In this document: one piece after another, positions 1-10,760 of the stretch
How positions within the stretch are numbered: position 1 is the stretch's first letter
Layout: the number at the start of each line of letters is the position of its first letter
Assembly: GCA_964016885.1 (NCBI GenBank)
Contig: OZ024741.1
Location: forward strand, 159,216,001 to 159,280,000
Reading direction: 5' to 3'
From: Eledone cirrhosa
Taxonomy: Eukaryota
DNA: 64,000 nt
Notes under the pieces: model-generated
The model's database searches: none
What the model was told of the DNA's origin: nothing
The model's input: the letters and a program-made list of their open reading frames with translations, nothing else
Translations under genes and position numbers: made by a program

Positions 1-370
1 ATGTGTGACGTCATCACCCCTTCCTTCCCCAATCATCTCTAATGTGTGACGTCATCACCCCTTCCTTCCTCAGTCATCTCTAGAGCATGACGTCATCACC
101 CCTTCCTTCCTCAGTCATCTCTAGAGCATGATGTCATCACCCCTTCCTTCCTCAATCATCTCTAATGTGTGACATCACTCCTTCCTTCCTCAGTCATCTC
201 TAGCGTGTAACGTCATCACCCCTTCCTTCCTCAGTCATCTCTAGTGTGTAACGTCATCACCCCTTCCTTCCTCAGTCATCTCTAGAGCATGACGTCATCA
301 CCCCTTCCTTCCTCAATCATCTCTAGTGTGAGTCGGAAGGACGGACGGCAGTCGCTCAGATTTATATATA
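1..370. repeat. ~41-bp tandem repeat (about 8 copies), possibly the internal array of a Helentron/HINE-type non-autonomous element
   Basis: Unit ATGTGTGACGTCATCACCCCTTCCTTCCTCAGTCATCTCTA repeated over 1-326, followed by GGACGGACGG...GATTTATATATAG, which resembles the ends of HINE/Lep1-type elements (element assignment is inference). Confidence 0.8.
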
Positions 371-889
371 GTTTATAAAACTAGAAGAACATACATACTG
401 GGTAAAAAGGGATTTTCTGATGATAGGTTTAAGTATTTCGTGTACTACTAAGTATATATTACTAATTTATCTGGTCCCTACAACTGGACAAAAACTAAAT
501 ATTGAAAGCAATTGAGGCCTGAGGAAGTTCGTCTTCTTAGTACAGTGGTTTAATTTTAAATTTATTTCATTATTATATTTCTTTGTAGTGTTTTAATTTT
601 GGATTGGATTTATTTCTTGGTTATACATTTCAGGTTTTGTTGATAAGATATGAAGTATTTGGTAGTTGATATTGCCCATGGCAGACATTTTAGATCTGAG
701 TAGTCATATTTTGTATGATGTCTATGTTGGTTTAGAGTTTTTGTACTCATTTACTTCTATTTTGTTGTTAGATGGGGGTTATGATAGAAATAATCTATTA
801 TATATGTGTGTGTGTATTTATATCCCAAGCAATATCATGGGGTAACCACAGTTAAAAATGGTACTCAATACATTAGTAGAATGTAAGCA

Positions 890-1014
890 TCATTATTTAA
901 TATATAAATGGCTTCTACAGGACTAGAATTGTTTCATTCATATGAGATAATGTTGATTTCATATGAAGGAAACGGTTCTAGTCCTGAAGAGGCCATTTCT
1001 ATATTAAATAATGA
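890..1014. repeat. Imperfect ~125-bp fold-back hairpin
   Basis: TCATTATTTAATATATAAATGGCTTCTACAGGACTAGAATTGTTTCATTCATATGAGAT pairs with the reverse complement of 958-1014; short loop. Confidence 0.85.
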
Positions 1015-1154
1015 CACAAATAAAATTAGAATTTTATTTCTCGCCCTAGCACAGCTGATACATAACTGTAAGTATGCATATGTACACACATATATATACA
1101 CACAGACACACACACACACACACATACACATTTATTTATATATATATATATATA

Positions 1155-1700
1155 CACACACACACATATATACATATGTATATATGGGCTATATCGAACA
1201 TTAATAATATTCAATTCGTTTGTAAACAAAAGGCCCGATTAAAGCTGTGCCGTGCAGATGACAAATTGTCATCCGTTTGTTTGGCATTGAGGAACAATCA
1301 ACATGCTTCTGGGTCATTACCCTTCATCAGGTCTGTATATCTCTGCCAATCTGTTGAACAGTTGAAAATATATAGTATTTTCTTAAATACACATCGGCTG
1401 AGTAGCCTCATTTGCATACTGAGCGAATTACGGCTGGCCGTGCCAAAAACTAATAATGAAATTAGAATATTACATATGTTCAATTGTTCAACAGATTGGC
1501 AGAAGTATACATACCTGATGAAGGGTAATGACCCAGAAACATGTTGATTGTTCCTCAATGCCAGTGTTGAATAAATGGATGACAATTTGTCATTGGCTCG
1601 GCACGGTTTTAATTGGGCCATTTGTTTATAAACGAATCAAATATTATTATTAATGTTCAATATAACCCATACATACATATGTATATAAGTTTGTGTGTGT
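1155..1700. mobile_element. Aged fold-back element with a hammerhead-like motif in each arm (putative Penelope-like terminus)
   Basis: Arms ~1160-1380 and ~1465-1700 are inverted and moderately diverged. CTGATGA-A-GGGT-AATG-ACCC-A-GAAAC-AT-GTT at 1515-1545 with the inverted copy at ~1300-1331. Flanked by TA/CA microsatellite. Confidence 0.6.
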
Positions 1701-1701
1701 G

Positions 1702-1732
<31 letters not shown>

Positions 1733-1734
1733 GC

Positions 1735-1890
1735 TATGTAATAAACAATATAAGACAATTATTCCATTTCGAGCTCGTCTGTCTTTGTGAAACCTTTGGT
1801 AAATGGAATAATTGTCTTATGTTGTTTATTACATAAGCAAATAGCTCTGTAGCTTACATAGAGCACTCTCCTTTCCTACGGAAACACTTG
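1735..1890. repeat. Short fold-back (35-bp arms) with one-sided tail
   Basis: 1735-1769 is the reverse complement of 1801-1835 with one mismatch; about 55 bp of unpaired sequence follows, then (TA)n. Confidence 0.8.
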
Positions 1891-2552
1891 ATATATATAT
1901 ATATGTGGCGGTGCACCAGCATGACCTCAGTCTGTCAACTGGCACACTTAATAGAGTAATATATATCAGTATTAAATATAGAACCGATAGGCCCATCTTT
2001 TCACCAGGCTCCCAAGTGTGCGGACTATGGGGAGCAATAACACAAATCCACCAACCTAAATACATGGCAATGGACCTGTCTACACACTCCGATACAGACT
2101 ATTACACCAAAGCCTCTATGAACTCCTTAAAATCCATGTTTTTCTTCCCCCTCCATTTTCTTTCATGCATCACTCCCATAGTCCATTGCCTTTCATCCTT
2201 ACGGAGTCAATAAAATAAAATACCAGTAATGCACTGGGGTAATTGCTGGTACTTGTGCCAAAAGTAGAAACAATTATTATCATCATTATACTATGGGAGC
2301 TGGAGCTGTTGCAGGGCATCCCACTCAAACCAGGACGTGGAAGGGCTTGTCATATGCAATAAACATCACTGTGATGGTGTCGAACACCTCAGAAATCGAG
2401 GTGGCTGGCACCTTCTTGGAGGACTATGAAAGGTTGACATCAGTCAGTAATTAAACATGTTTTATCTGTTGTATATAATTGATCCTGACCATCTCTATAT
2501 AAGGGTATTGTGAAGAATATCTTTAGGAAATGAAACATGGGTAGATTAAATA

Positions 2553-2718
2553 AATAATTGTTTCTACGTTAGGCACAAGGCCAGCAATTACCCAGTGTAT
2601 TACTGGTACTTTATTTTATCGACCCCGTAAGGATGAAAAGCAAAGTTAACCTCGGCGGGATTTGAACTCAGAATGGCAAGGGCCGAAACTCTATGCGTCA
2701 AAGCATGGCGTCCGATTA
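2553..2718 (-). mobile_element. tRNA-derived SINE with (ATT)n tail, 5'-truncated
   Basis: Minus strand reads GAGTTCAAATCCCGCCGAGGTTAAC (B box), core TTTCATCCTTACGGGGTCGATAAAATAAAGTACCAG and tail GAAACAATTATT; many copies in the window. Confidence 0.85.
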
Positions 2719-2791
2719 AATAAATAATGTATTAATTGTTGAACCTTGGTGATCTATTTCTTGTGTTAATATATATATATATATATATATA

Positions 2792-3358
2792 GTTATACTT
2801 TGGGAGGGTCATGTTGCCAATAAGAAACACACGCACCAGTTGCTTTTACTTCAATTTATTATAATAAATTTATAAATTTAGGAATTTAAAAATTTCCGGT
2901 TGGTTGTTTATATATTGTCAAAGTTCTTTCGTCACACATTCTGTGACCTCTTCAGTGACTTGGGATTCCTTTCTTTGTTTTTGTGCTTCTCCTTTGTTCT
3001 GTCCTACGCCATCTTGTTTCTGTGTGTGTCAGAAACACACACAGAAACAAGATGGCGTAGGACAGAACAAAGGAGAGGCACAAAAACAAAGAAAGGAATC
3101 CCAAGTCACTGAAGAGGTCACAGAATGTGTGACGAAAGAACTTTGACAATATATAAACAACCATCTGGTTGTGGAACCAACCAACCAACCGGAAATTTTT
3201 AAATTCTTAAATTTATAAATTTATTATAATAAATTGAAGTAAAAGCAACTGGTGCGTGTGTTTCTTATTGGCAACATGACCCTCCCAAAGTATAACAATA
3301 TCGGTTTCAACACACGTTTTCAGATAAAGATTCTTGCTAAACAAATTCAGAAACGAAA
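2792..3358. mobile_element. Young fold-back Penelope-like terminal element (family 1) with hammerheads on both strands
   Basis: 2792-~3029 and ~3035-3296 are near-perfect inverted arms (one 24-bp indel). 3297-3358 is a one-sided tail. Bounded by (TA)n. Homologous to the GIY-YIG-bearing copy at 15439-16527. Confidence 0.8.
3105..3147 (+). ncRNA. Minimal type I hammerhead ribozyme motif (inverted copy at 2917-2959)
   Basis: Stem I GTCA/TGAC; core CTGAAGA plus one extra G; stem II GTCACA...TGTGAC; GAAA; short stem III AG-AA-CT; cleavage triplet CUU. Confidence 0.7.
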
Positions 3359-3389
3359 TATATATATATATATATGTGTGTGTGTATAT

Positions 3390-3547
3390 CATCATCATTT
3401 AACATCCATCTTCCATGCTAGCATGGGTTGGACGGTTGTGTCCCACTTGAGGCGAGATTGGTCGGGAGACCGGGTCTCGCTCGTACAGAACTGTCTCTGG
3501 CAGGTTTTCTATGGCTGGATGCCCTTCCTAACACCAACCACATTTAC
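3390..3547 (-). mobile_element. RTE 3' UTR-only insertion with (GAT)n tail
   Basis: Contains GGATGCCCTTCCTAACACCAACC and CATCATCATTTAACATCC, matching the 3' UTR of the RTE copies elsewhere in the window. Confidence 0.85.
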
Positions 3548-4057
3548 ATAATGGGCTTCTGTGCAGTTTCGTCTACCAAATTTCAATCAAGTCAGTGTGA
3601 GGCTATTGTAGAATACACTTGATTAGGAAGACAGTCATAAAGAGAGAGATGGAATGGGGGAATCTGTAGTGTTCATGCCACTTTAAAGACCTTTTCCAGT
3701 AAATGCAATAATCAAAACTATTCCAATCAAAACTGGTGTGTGGAAGATTCCATTTGTCAATATTATTTGATTTTACCAAAGGATTTTTGCTTTACGATCA
3801 TTTGAATAATGGTTAATATGTGCCTTATGTTCATTTGAATAATAGTTAATATGTATTTAAAAAGATGAAGAAAGAAAAAGGAAAGAAAAGAAAAATTAAG
3901 ATAGAAGAAAATAGTGAATCCCAATATGAAGACTTTCCGGACAAGTACTGTAAAATATTCTTCAATTCCTCAGAGATTCACATTGAAAAGTCAAAGCCAA
4001 TACGAAGACAGATTAGCATATCGAAATTAATGAGCTGTCATTTCTAAGTTGGTGTGG

Positions 4058-4142
4058 AATATATATGTGTATATATATATGTATATATATATAAATATAT
4101 ATATATGTATGTGTATATATATATGTATATATATATAAATAT

Positions 4143-4222
<80 letters not shown>

Positions 4223-4540
4223 GTATGTATATATATATATATGTATATATATGTATGTATATATATATATATGTATATATATGTATATGTATATGTATAT
4301 ATATGTATATGTATATGTATATATATGTATATATATATATATGTATATATATGTATATATATGTATATATATATGTATATGTATATATATATATGTATAT
4401 GTATATATATGTATATATATTTTTTTAACATATATATATATATATGTATATCTATATGTGTGCATATATATGTGTGTGTATGTATATATATATATGTGTG
4501 TGTGTATGTATATATATATGTGTGTGTATATATATGTATA
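4058..4540. repeat. (TA)n/TATG complex microsatellite
   Basis: Seen directly in the sequence. Confidence 0.97.
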
Positions 4541-4555
4541 TCAACTCACAAACAT

Positions 4556-4875
4556 ACCACCGCCACAAAAAAGGTACACTGGACCAGGAGGAATCAAAAT
4601 CCCTGAGTTAAAATCAATATGGGACCTGGGTGTTGACATTTTATGCACACATCACCAAAATGATAAAGCGCAGACGACTGGTGGGTTGGATTCTGAGGAC
4701 ATTCAGAACAAGAAACCCAGAAACCATATTGGTCCTCTGGAGGACTTCTGTCCTCAGTCGACTGGACTATTGCTCTCTGCTGTGGTAGCCCCACAATCTC
4801 AAAACAACTGCAGAACTTGAAGCAATCCAACAAAGCTACACCAAGAGGATTGCCTCAATGAAGGAGATGAGCTAT
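4556..4875 (+). pseudogene. CR1-clade LINE RT C-terminal fragment
   Basis: Translation across a frameshift gives DLGV...[36 protein letters not shown]...[13 protein letters not shown], typical of the CR1 post-RT region. Confidence 0.8.
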
Positions 4876-5476
4876 AGGTTTAGAAAGGTCCTATAGGAGG
4901 CATTTGATGAGAGAAGTGATGAGCTAGATACGAGTAACATAGAGGATAACTGGAAATTCTCACGTGACAACCTTTTGCAAACTAATGACATGACTTGTGG
5001 CTGGAGTAGAGCACCAGCCACTCAGAGGATGGCCTGGAGGTGGAACAGGTCAGTAGATGGAGCCATCAAAGCCAAGAAACTGGCTTAGAAAGACTGGAAA
5101 AATGGGGGTAGCAGAGACCAGTACCAGGTGGCTAAGAAAGAAGCTAGGTGACAAGAATACACAGCTCAGAGAGAGGCTGAAGAAAGAAAGTTTGCCAATG
5201 CCCTGAGATGTGAGGATCAGAGGCACAAAGTATTCCACAATGCAAGGCAGTGTGTCAGTATGAATCGTTATGTTGTTGAGGAAAAGTATGTTAGAAATGA
5301 CACTGGTGTATATAGCACTACTGATGCTCAAAAGAAAGAGGCTTAGAAATGTTACTATGAGGGACTGATGAATGTAAAGAATGAATGGGAGGAAGAGAAA
5401 CTACCCCCAATTCTCCCAATAGAAGGACCAGCCATTGAAGTTAACAATTATTGGGCTAAAGAAGCAATTAAAAGAG
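4876..5476 (+). pseudogene. Old RTE LINE fragment (EN-RT linker) with multiple stops
   Basis: Translates as EDNWKF...CGWSR...W(R)WN...FHNARQCV...PIEGPA, homologous to the ORF at 31420-32739. Confidence 0.85.
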
Positions 5477-6074
5477 ATGAAAATTTGAATTTTCTTACAA
5501 GGCTTGGGTTGATGCAAGGTTATAATGAAAGGCGCTTGACTAAGATGCCACATAGTTGGATTGAATGCAGAACTTTATGATTGCAAAGCACACTTCCTAG
5601 CCATTAGGGCATACTGTATCCTGTGTCTAATATAAACCTGATTGATAATGATAATAATTGTGACAGAAACTCACAATCTGAAACCACTACAGAGACTAGA
5701 GTGAGATAGATATTTTTTGTCAATTTTCATAATAATCAATGTTCTCTCATTAGAATTCTTAATAGTAGATATCAATTTAAAGTATAATGCTCTTCCTAAG
5801 TGCCTTATGGTCCATTAAACATCAGATTTGGCAAACGGCATCAATTCCAGTTGAACATGACACTTCACTTGCATGTAAGCATTGCTGTATTACAACACTA
5901 TCCACATACTAACCCACTTCACTTTCAGAAATCAATAATACAAGGAATTAATGGAATATAATAATAATAATATTGATGATGATGATGACTATGATGATGA
6001 TCTATGTGTATATCTATCTATATAAACAACCACCCAGTACTCTCTTTTTCTTCTGCGTTTTTGTTTGTTTCTTA

Positions 6075-7520
6075 TCCCCCTATCAAGAGAATTGAAATCC
6101 AGTTATGGATATAAAATAAATAGTAAGACAATAAACTATCTGTTTTTCATGGATGACTTAAAACTGTATATAAAAGATGATTCTGAATTAGAAAATGGCT
6201 CTGAATTAAAAGTAAAACAGTGATGATATTGGGATAGAATTTGGAACTGGGAAATAGGCAAAAGCTTCCTTCAAGCAAAAAAAAGTCAACCGTTTTGAAG
6301 CTATTAACACCCTAACTATACCTATAGTACAATATAGCTACAATATAATAAACTGGAACATATCCAAACTCATGAAAATGGATGTGAAGACTAGAAAACT
6401 ATTGACTATAAATCATATACACTACTCAAAAGCTAATATGGATCGACTATCTTCCCTGATTAGAGGGTGGTAGGGTGGTAGAGGCTTGATCCAACTTGTT
6501 TTGTCATACAAGACATCCACAATTAGCTTTCATGCTTATCTGGAAAACAATAATGACTGGATGCTAAACCTTGTGAAAGCATATAAAGCAAAAAATAAAA
6601 ACCCATTCAGTCCTCAAGGAATCCCAAGAATATATGAAAAAAATGAAATTACTAATTCTGATACCCAATCTTCAACAAAAGCTGCCAAAAACGTGAAAGG
6701 AAAAGCCAAAAAGATTTGGCATCCTAAAGGCAAAGTGGCAGGTAAAGCATCACCAATACTAACTATGTAGACTAAAGCAAAACCCATCATTGGTTATATA
6801 GCTTGTGGTTAAAGACCAAGTCAGGAAGATTCCACCTTGCTGCACAAGATAAACGCTTACCTACAAAAAAGTTATCAGGGCCATGTTCTCAAGAGAGATG
6901 TTGACCCTTTTTGTAGTTTTTGTGATAAGCATCCAAAGATGATAGACGACATTGCAACTAGATGCCCATTCCTTTCTCCTAATAAATATAAAGTTAGACA
7001 TTACTGGGCAGGACAATATATCCACCAGTATGAGTACCATCCAGTTACAGAAATTGGAGAAGTAACAATACTATAAGACTTTTTAATCCATACAGACTGC
7101 ACTATTAAAGCCAATCGTCCGGACAACATAGTAAACGATAGAGAAGAAAAACCTTGCCAATTAATAGATATGGCAATTGACAAGAACACCAGTGTACAGA
7201 AATTTGAAAAATTTGAAAAATACCAAAACTTAGAAATAGAAATAACAAGGATCTGGCAACTCAAAACTTGTACTGTACCTGTAATGATTAGAACTCTGGA
7301 CATGATCAAAAAGGGAGTTGACAAGCAACTCTCTAAAATACCAGCTAATCCTAACCTATTCAAAATTGAGAACATTTTCTTTACCGAGACAGTCCATATT
7401 TTTCGCAAAATTTTGTCAATTTAATTGCCCATATATAAAAAATAGGGCCACAGGGGAACTTTGTTGATAATAGAAACAGACTGAGATAATAAGAAAAACT
7501 TAATAATTGTAATAATAATG
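6075..7520 (+). mobile_element. Decayed Dong/R4-clade non-LTR retrotransposon (RT plus C-terminal restriction-like endonuclease)
   Basis: FMDDLKLY, GIEFG, GGRGL, degenerate CxxC..., RH, ANRPD...LIDMAI and EKFEKYQNL motifs; ends in a (TAA)n-like tail. Confidence 0.85.
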
Positions 7521-7744
7521 ATTTCTTTTATTAGCCACAAGGGCCTAAGACATTGGGGACAATACAAGAACAAAACAATACAAAGAGGAGTTTACACTGA
7601 GTAATGGAAAGGGGATATCACTGAAGAGAAAACTGTAAGTATAACAATATGAGCTCAGCTGGTTTTACATGGGGATCCAGCTGGATCATTTGGAGATGGT
7701 TGCTTCTGATAGGACCTGTTGGAAGGAGCATTTGAGGACTCTGG

Positions 7745-8678
7745 AGGATTTGAACTCAGAACATAAAGGGCCATAACTCTATGTAACGAAGCATGGTATC
7801 TGACACACTACCCATACTGCCAATCCACTGGACAATGGTAATAATAATAATGATTTCTAATTTAGACACAAGGCCAGTAAATGTTTTTCGAGAGGAGGGG
7901 AGAAAATCGATTATATTGACCCCATTACTTGACTGGTACTTTATTTATTGATCTTGTTTGGATAGTTGATATCAGTGGGATTTGAACTTAGAACACAAGA
8001 GTCATAAATAAATGCTGCTATGAATTTCATCCTATGCACTAACAATCCTGTCAATCCACTGCTCTGAAATAGTGATTTTTATTTTAGGCACAAGGTCAGT
8101 AATTTGGGGGAAAGAAAAGTCGATTATATCAACCCCAGTTTTTAACTGATACTTTATTTTATTGACCCTGGAAAGGTGAAAGACAAAGTTGATCTTGGTG
8201 GGATTTTAACTCAGAACATAGAAAGTTTTAACTAAATACCACTAAGCATTTTGTCCAATGCTCTACTGATACTGACAATCCACCATCCCGATAATAATAA
8301 TTGTTTCTACTTTTGGCACAAGGCCAACAATTACCCAGTACATTACTGGTACGTTATTTTATCGACCCCGTAAGAATGAAAGGCAAAGTTAACCTCGGCG
8401 GGATTTGAACTCAGAATGGCAAGGGCCGTAACTCTATACATCAAAGCATGGCGTCCGACCCTCTACCGACACTGCCAATCCACCGATAATAATAATGGTT
8501 TCCAACAATTTAGGGGAAGGGGAAAGTCAGTTAAATCAACCCCAGTGCATTACTGGTACTTTATTTTATCGACCCCATAAAGTTAACCTTGGCTGGATTT
8601 GAACTAGGAACATAAAGGGATGTAACTCTATGCAACAAAGCATATTGTCTGATGCTCTACTGGTACAGCTAATCCACA
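7745..8678 (-). mobile_element. Head-to-tail stack of about 5 tRNA-derived SINE copies
   Basis: Repeated GGCACAAGGCC...GTACTTTATTTTATCGACCCC...GGATTTGAACTCAGAA units separated by short (AAT)n; A/B-box head on the minus strand. Confidence 0.85.
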
Positions 8679-8679
8679 A

Positions 8680-9290
8680 TGGTTCCTTTTATTGGCTAGA
8701 CATATTGGGCCTTTGGAAACAGTGAGGGAATTTACATTGAATAAAAGAGTAAGGTGAACCAAACAACATAGACATTAATAAATAGATAACAATAAATAGC
8801 AACAGCTATATAGAACAAAGTCAAAACAAAGAAGGTTACTGTTCATCTGAAATAGAGCAGCAACCATATATAGTAATTCAGGGCACCCCTGATACACACT
8901 TCTGGACAACCTGAACACACCAAACACATGTGGTATACTATAACCACATAGAGTATGTTTGCTGCCAATTAATAACCACAGAGTGTAGGCCCATGTTGCA
9001 TTGATATATTCATACTTTCACCAACCTTTCATAACATTTATGGGAGAGCAGCTCCTTCTCTAACCTCACATTCCTTTGCAAGTGCTATATGGACAGGCTA
9101 TTGAGGGCTTGATTAGAAAGAAAACTATTTCCTCAAAACCATGTCTTTTATCATAGCTAACAGGCAGGGGAAGACCATATGCTGTTACTAGTTTCTAGCC
9201 AAAAGAAAATAGAGGGCTGATCTCCATAATAGATTCAACTGATAACTATATTTGTCATAGCTGTAGAACATAAACTCAATATACAGGTTT
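8680..9290 (-). mobile_element. Highly decayed Tx1/L1-like LINE 3' end
   Basis: CTTTTATTGG terminus and weak similarity to the 3' part of the Tx1 remnant at 36005-37130; a similar terminus occurs at ~7520-7740. Confidence 0.4.
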
Positions 9291-9344
9291 TTGGTGTGTT
9301 AATGGGGAAGAATTGTGAGGTTTGTCTTGACTGGGGTCAGTAAA

Positions 9345-10252
9345 TAATGATTTCTAATCTAATGATTTCTAATTTCTGAGGAGGGGATAGATGAATATAT
9401 CAACCCCAGTATTTAACTGATACTTTATTTTATTCATTCTGGGGTGATAAGAGGCAAAATTGACTGCAGCGTGATTTGAACTCAGAATGTAAGGAGCTGG
9501 AACAAATACAAGAGCATTTTATTCAATGCTCTATCAATTCTGTCAATCTACTGCCCTTAGTAAATGAAGATGAAGATAATGATATTGATGATAATGATGT
9601 TGTGGAATGTAAGCTTTTGTTTTCATTGTTGTTGAAGTTGCAATGTTGTTAATTACTGCCAGAAAAGGAAGAAGTACAGTGATGAAATGGTGATGTCATC
9701 AATGGAGGACTTTCAGACTTGCCAGGGGTGGGTAGTGATATAATGGATAGCTCCTTGACTTAATTAATCAACTTCTTGGCTTAATTAATGAACAACAACC
9801 ACACACAAGAATAATTATATGTCTACTGAATAATAATAATAATTGTTTCTACTTTAGGCACAAGGCCAGTAATTTGGGGGGAGGGGACAGTCGCTTAAAT
9901 CGACCCCAGGGCATTACTGGTACTTTATTTTATCAACTCCGTAAGGATGAAAGACAAAGCTAAACTCAGCGGGAATTGAACTCAGAACGTAAAGGGCCAT
10001 AACTTTATGCTGCAAAGCATGGTGTCTGACGCTCTAACGATTCTGCCACTCCAACATCCTTCATAATAATAATAATAATATTTCTACTTTTGGCGCAAGG
10101 CCAGCAATTACCCCAGTGCATTACTGGTACTTTATTTTATCGACCCCGTAAGGATGAAAGGCAAAGTTAACGTCGGCGGATTTGAACTCAAAACATAAAG
10201 GGCCATAACTCTATGCTGCAAAGCATGGTGTCTAACGCTCCACCGATACTGA
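9345..10252 (-). mobile_element. Three further copies of the same SINE (9345-9558, 9831-10060, 10065-10252)
   Basis: Same head, core and tail motifs; each begins at an (AAT)n run. Confidence 0.85.
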
Positions 10253-10589
10253 TAGTGACGATGACAATCTCGACAAGTATTAATAGGACGGTAATAATTA
10301 CAAATTAAGTATTTTGTCAATAATTTCCAGTTAAAGACTAAACTACATCTTTTTTATTCTTTCTTTAATCCCCACCCTCCTTATCTTTCTCTCTCTTTCA
10401 TTCCCCCTTTCTTTTTCTTTCTTTCTTCCCCACCCACATGTTCTCTCTCACTCTCTCTCTCTCAATCCCCTTCTCTTTATTTTTCTTCTCGTCTTTCATC
10501 CTATATTAATTTAATATATTTAGTTTGTGTGCTTTTATCCCGTGTTATTCAATTTTATCTGTTTGTTGTGTAAAAACTGAACTTCGATA

Positions 10590-10760
10590 AATAAAATAAC
10601 AACGACGATGACAACAACAACAACAACGAAAACAACAACGACAAAAACAACAAAAACAACGACAAAAATAACAACAATGACAAAATCAACGATAACAATG
10701 ACAACAACATTAAAAATCACAACAAAAAACCACAAGAACTACAAAATGAAACAAACTACT
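10590..10760. repeat. Degenerate (ACA)n/(ACG)n microsatellite
   Basis: Seen directly in the sequence. Confidence 0.9.

Noticed and set aside
1-326. CRISPR-like regular repeat
   Set aside because: No unique spacers, eukaryotic context and no cas genes; a simple tandem repeat. The same applies to 46560-46685.
380-790. Possible decayed PLE RT on the minus strand (VHEILKPII)
   Set aside because: Only one short motif amid many stops; insufficient to call.
3999-4020. ATACGAAGACAGATTAGCAT resembling U6 snRNA
   Set aside because: Short imperfect match with no flanking U6 sequence; also too degenerate to call as a hammerhead.
8400-8485. tRNA gene candidates with A/B boxes
   Set aside because: They are SINE heads continuous with SINE bodies and do not form full cloverleaves.
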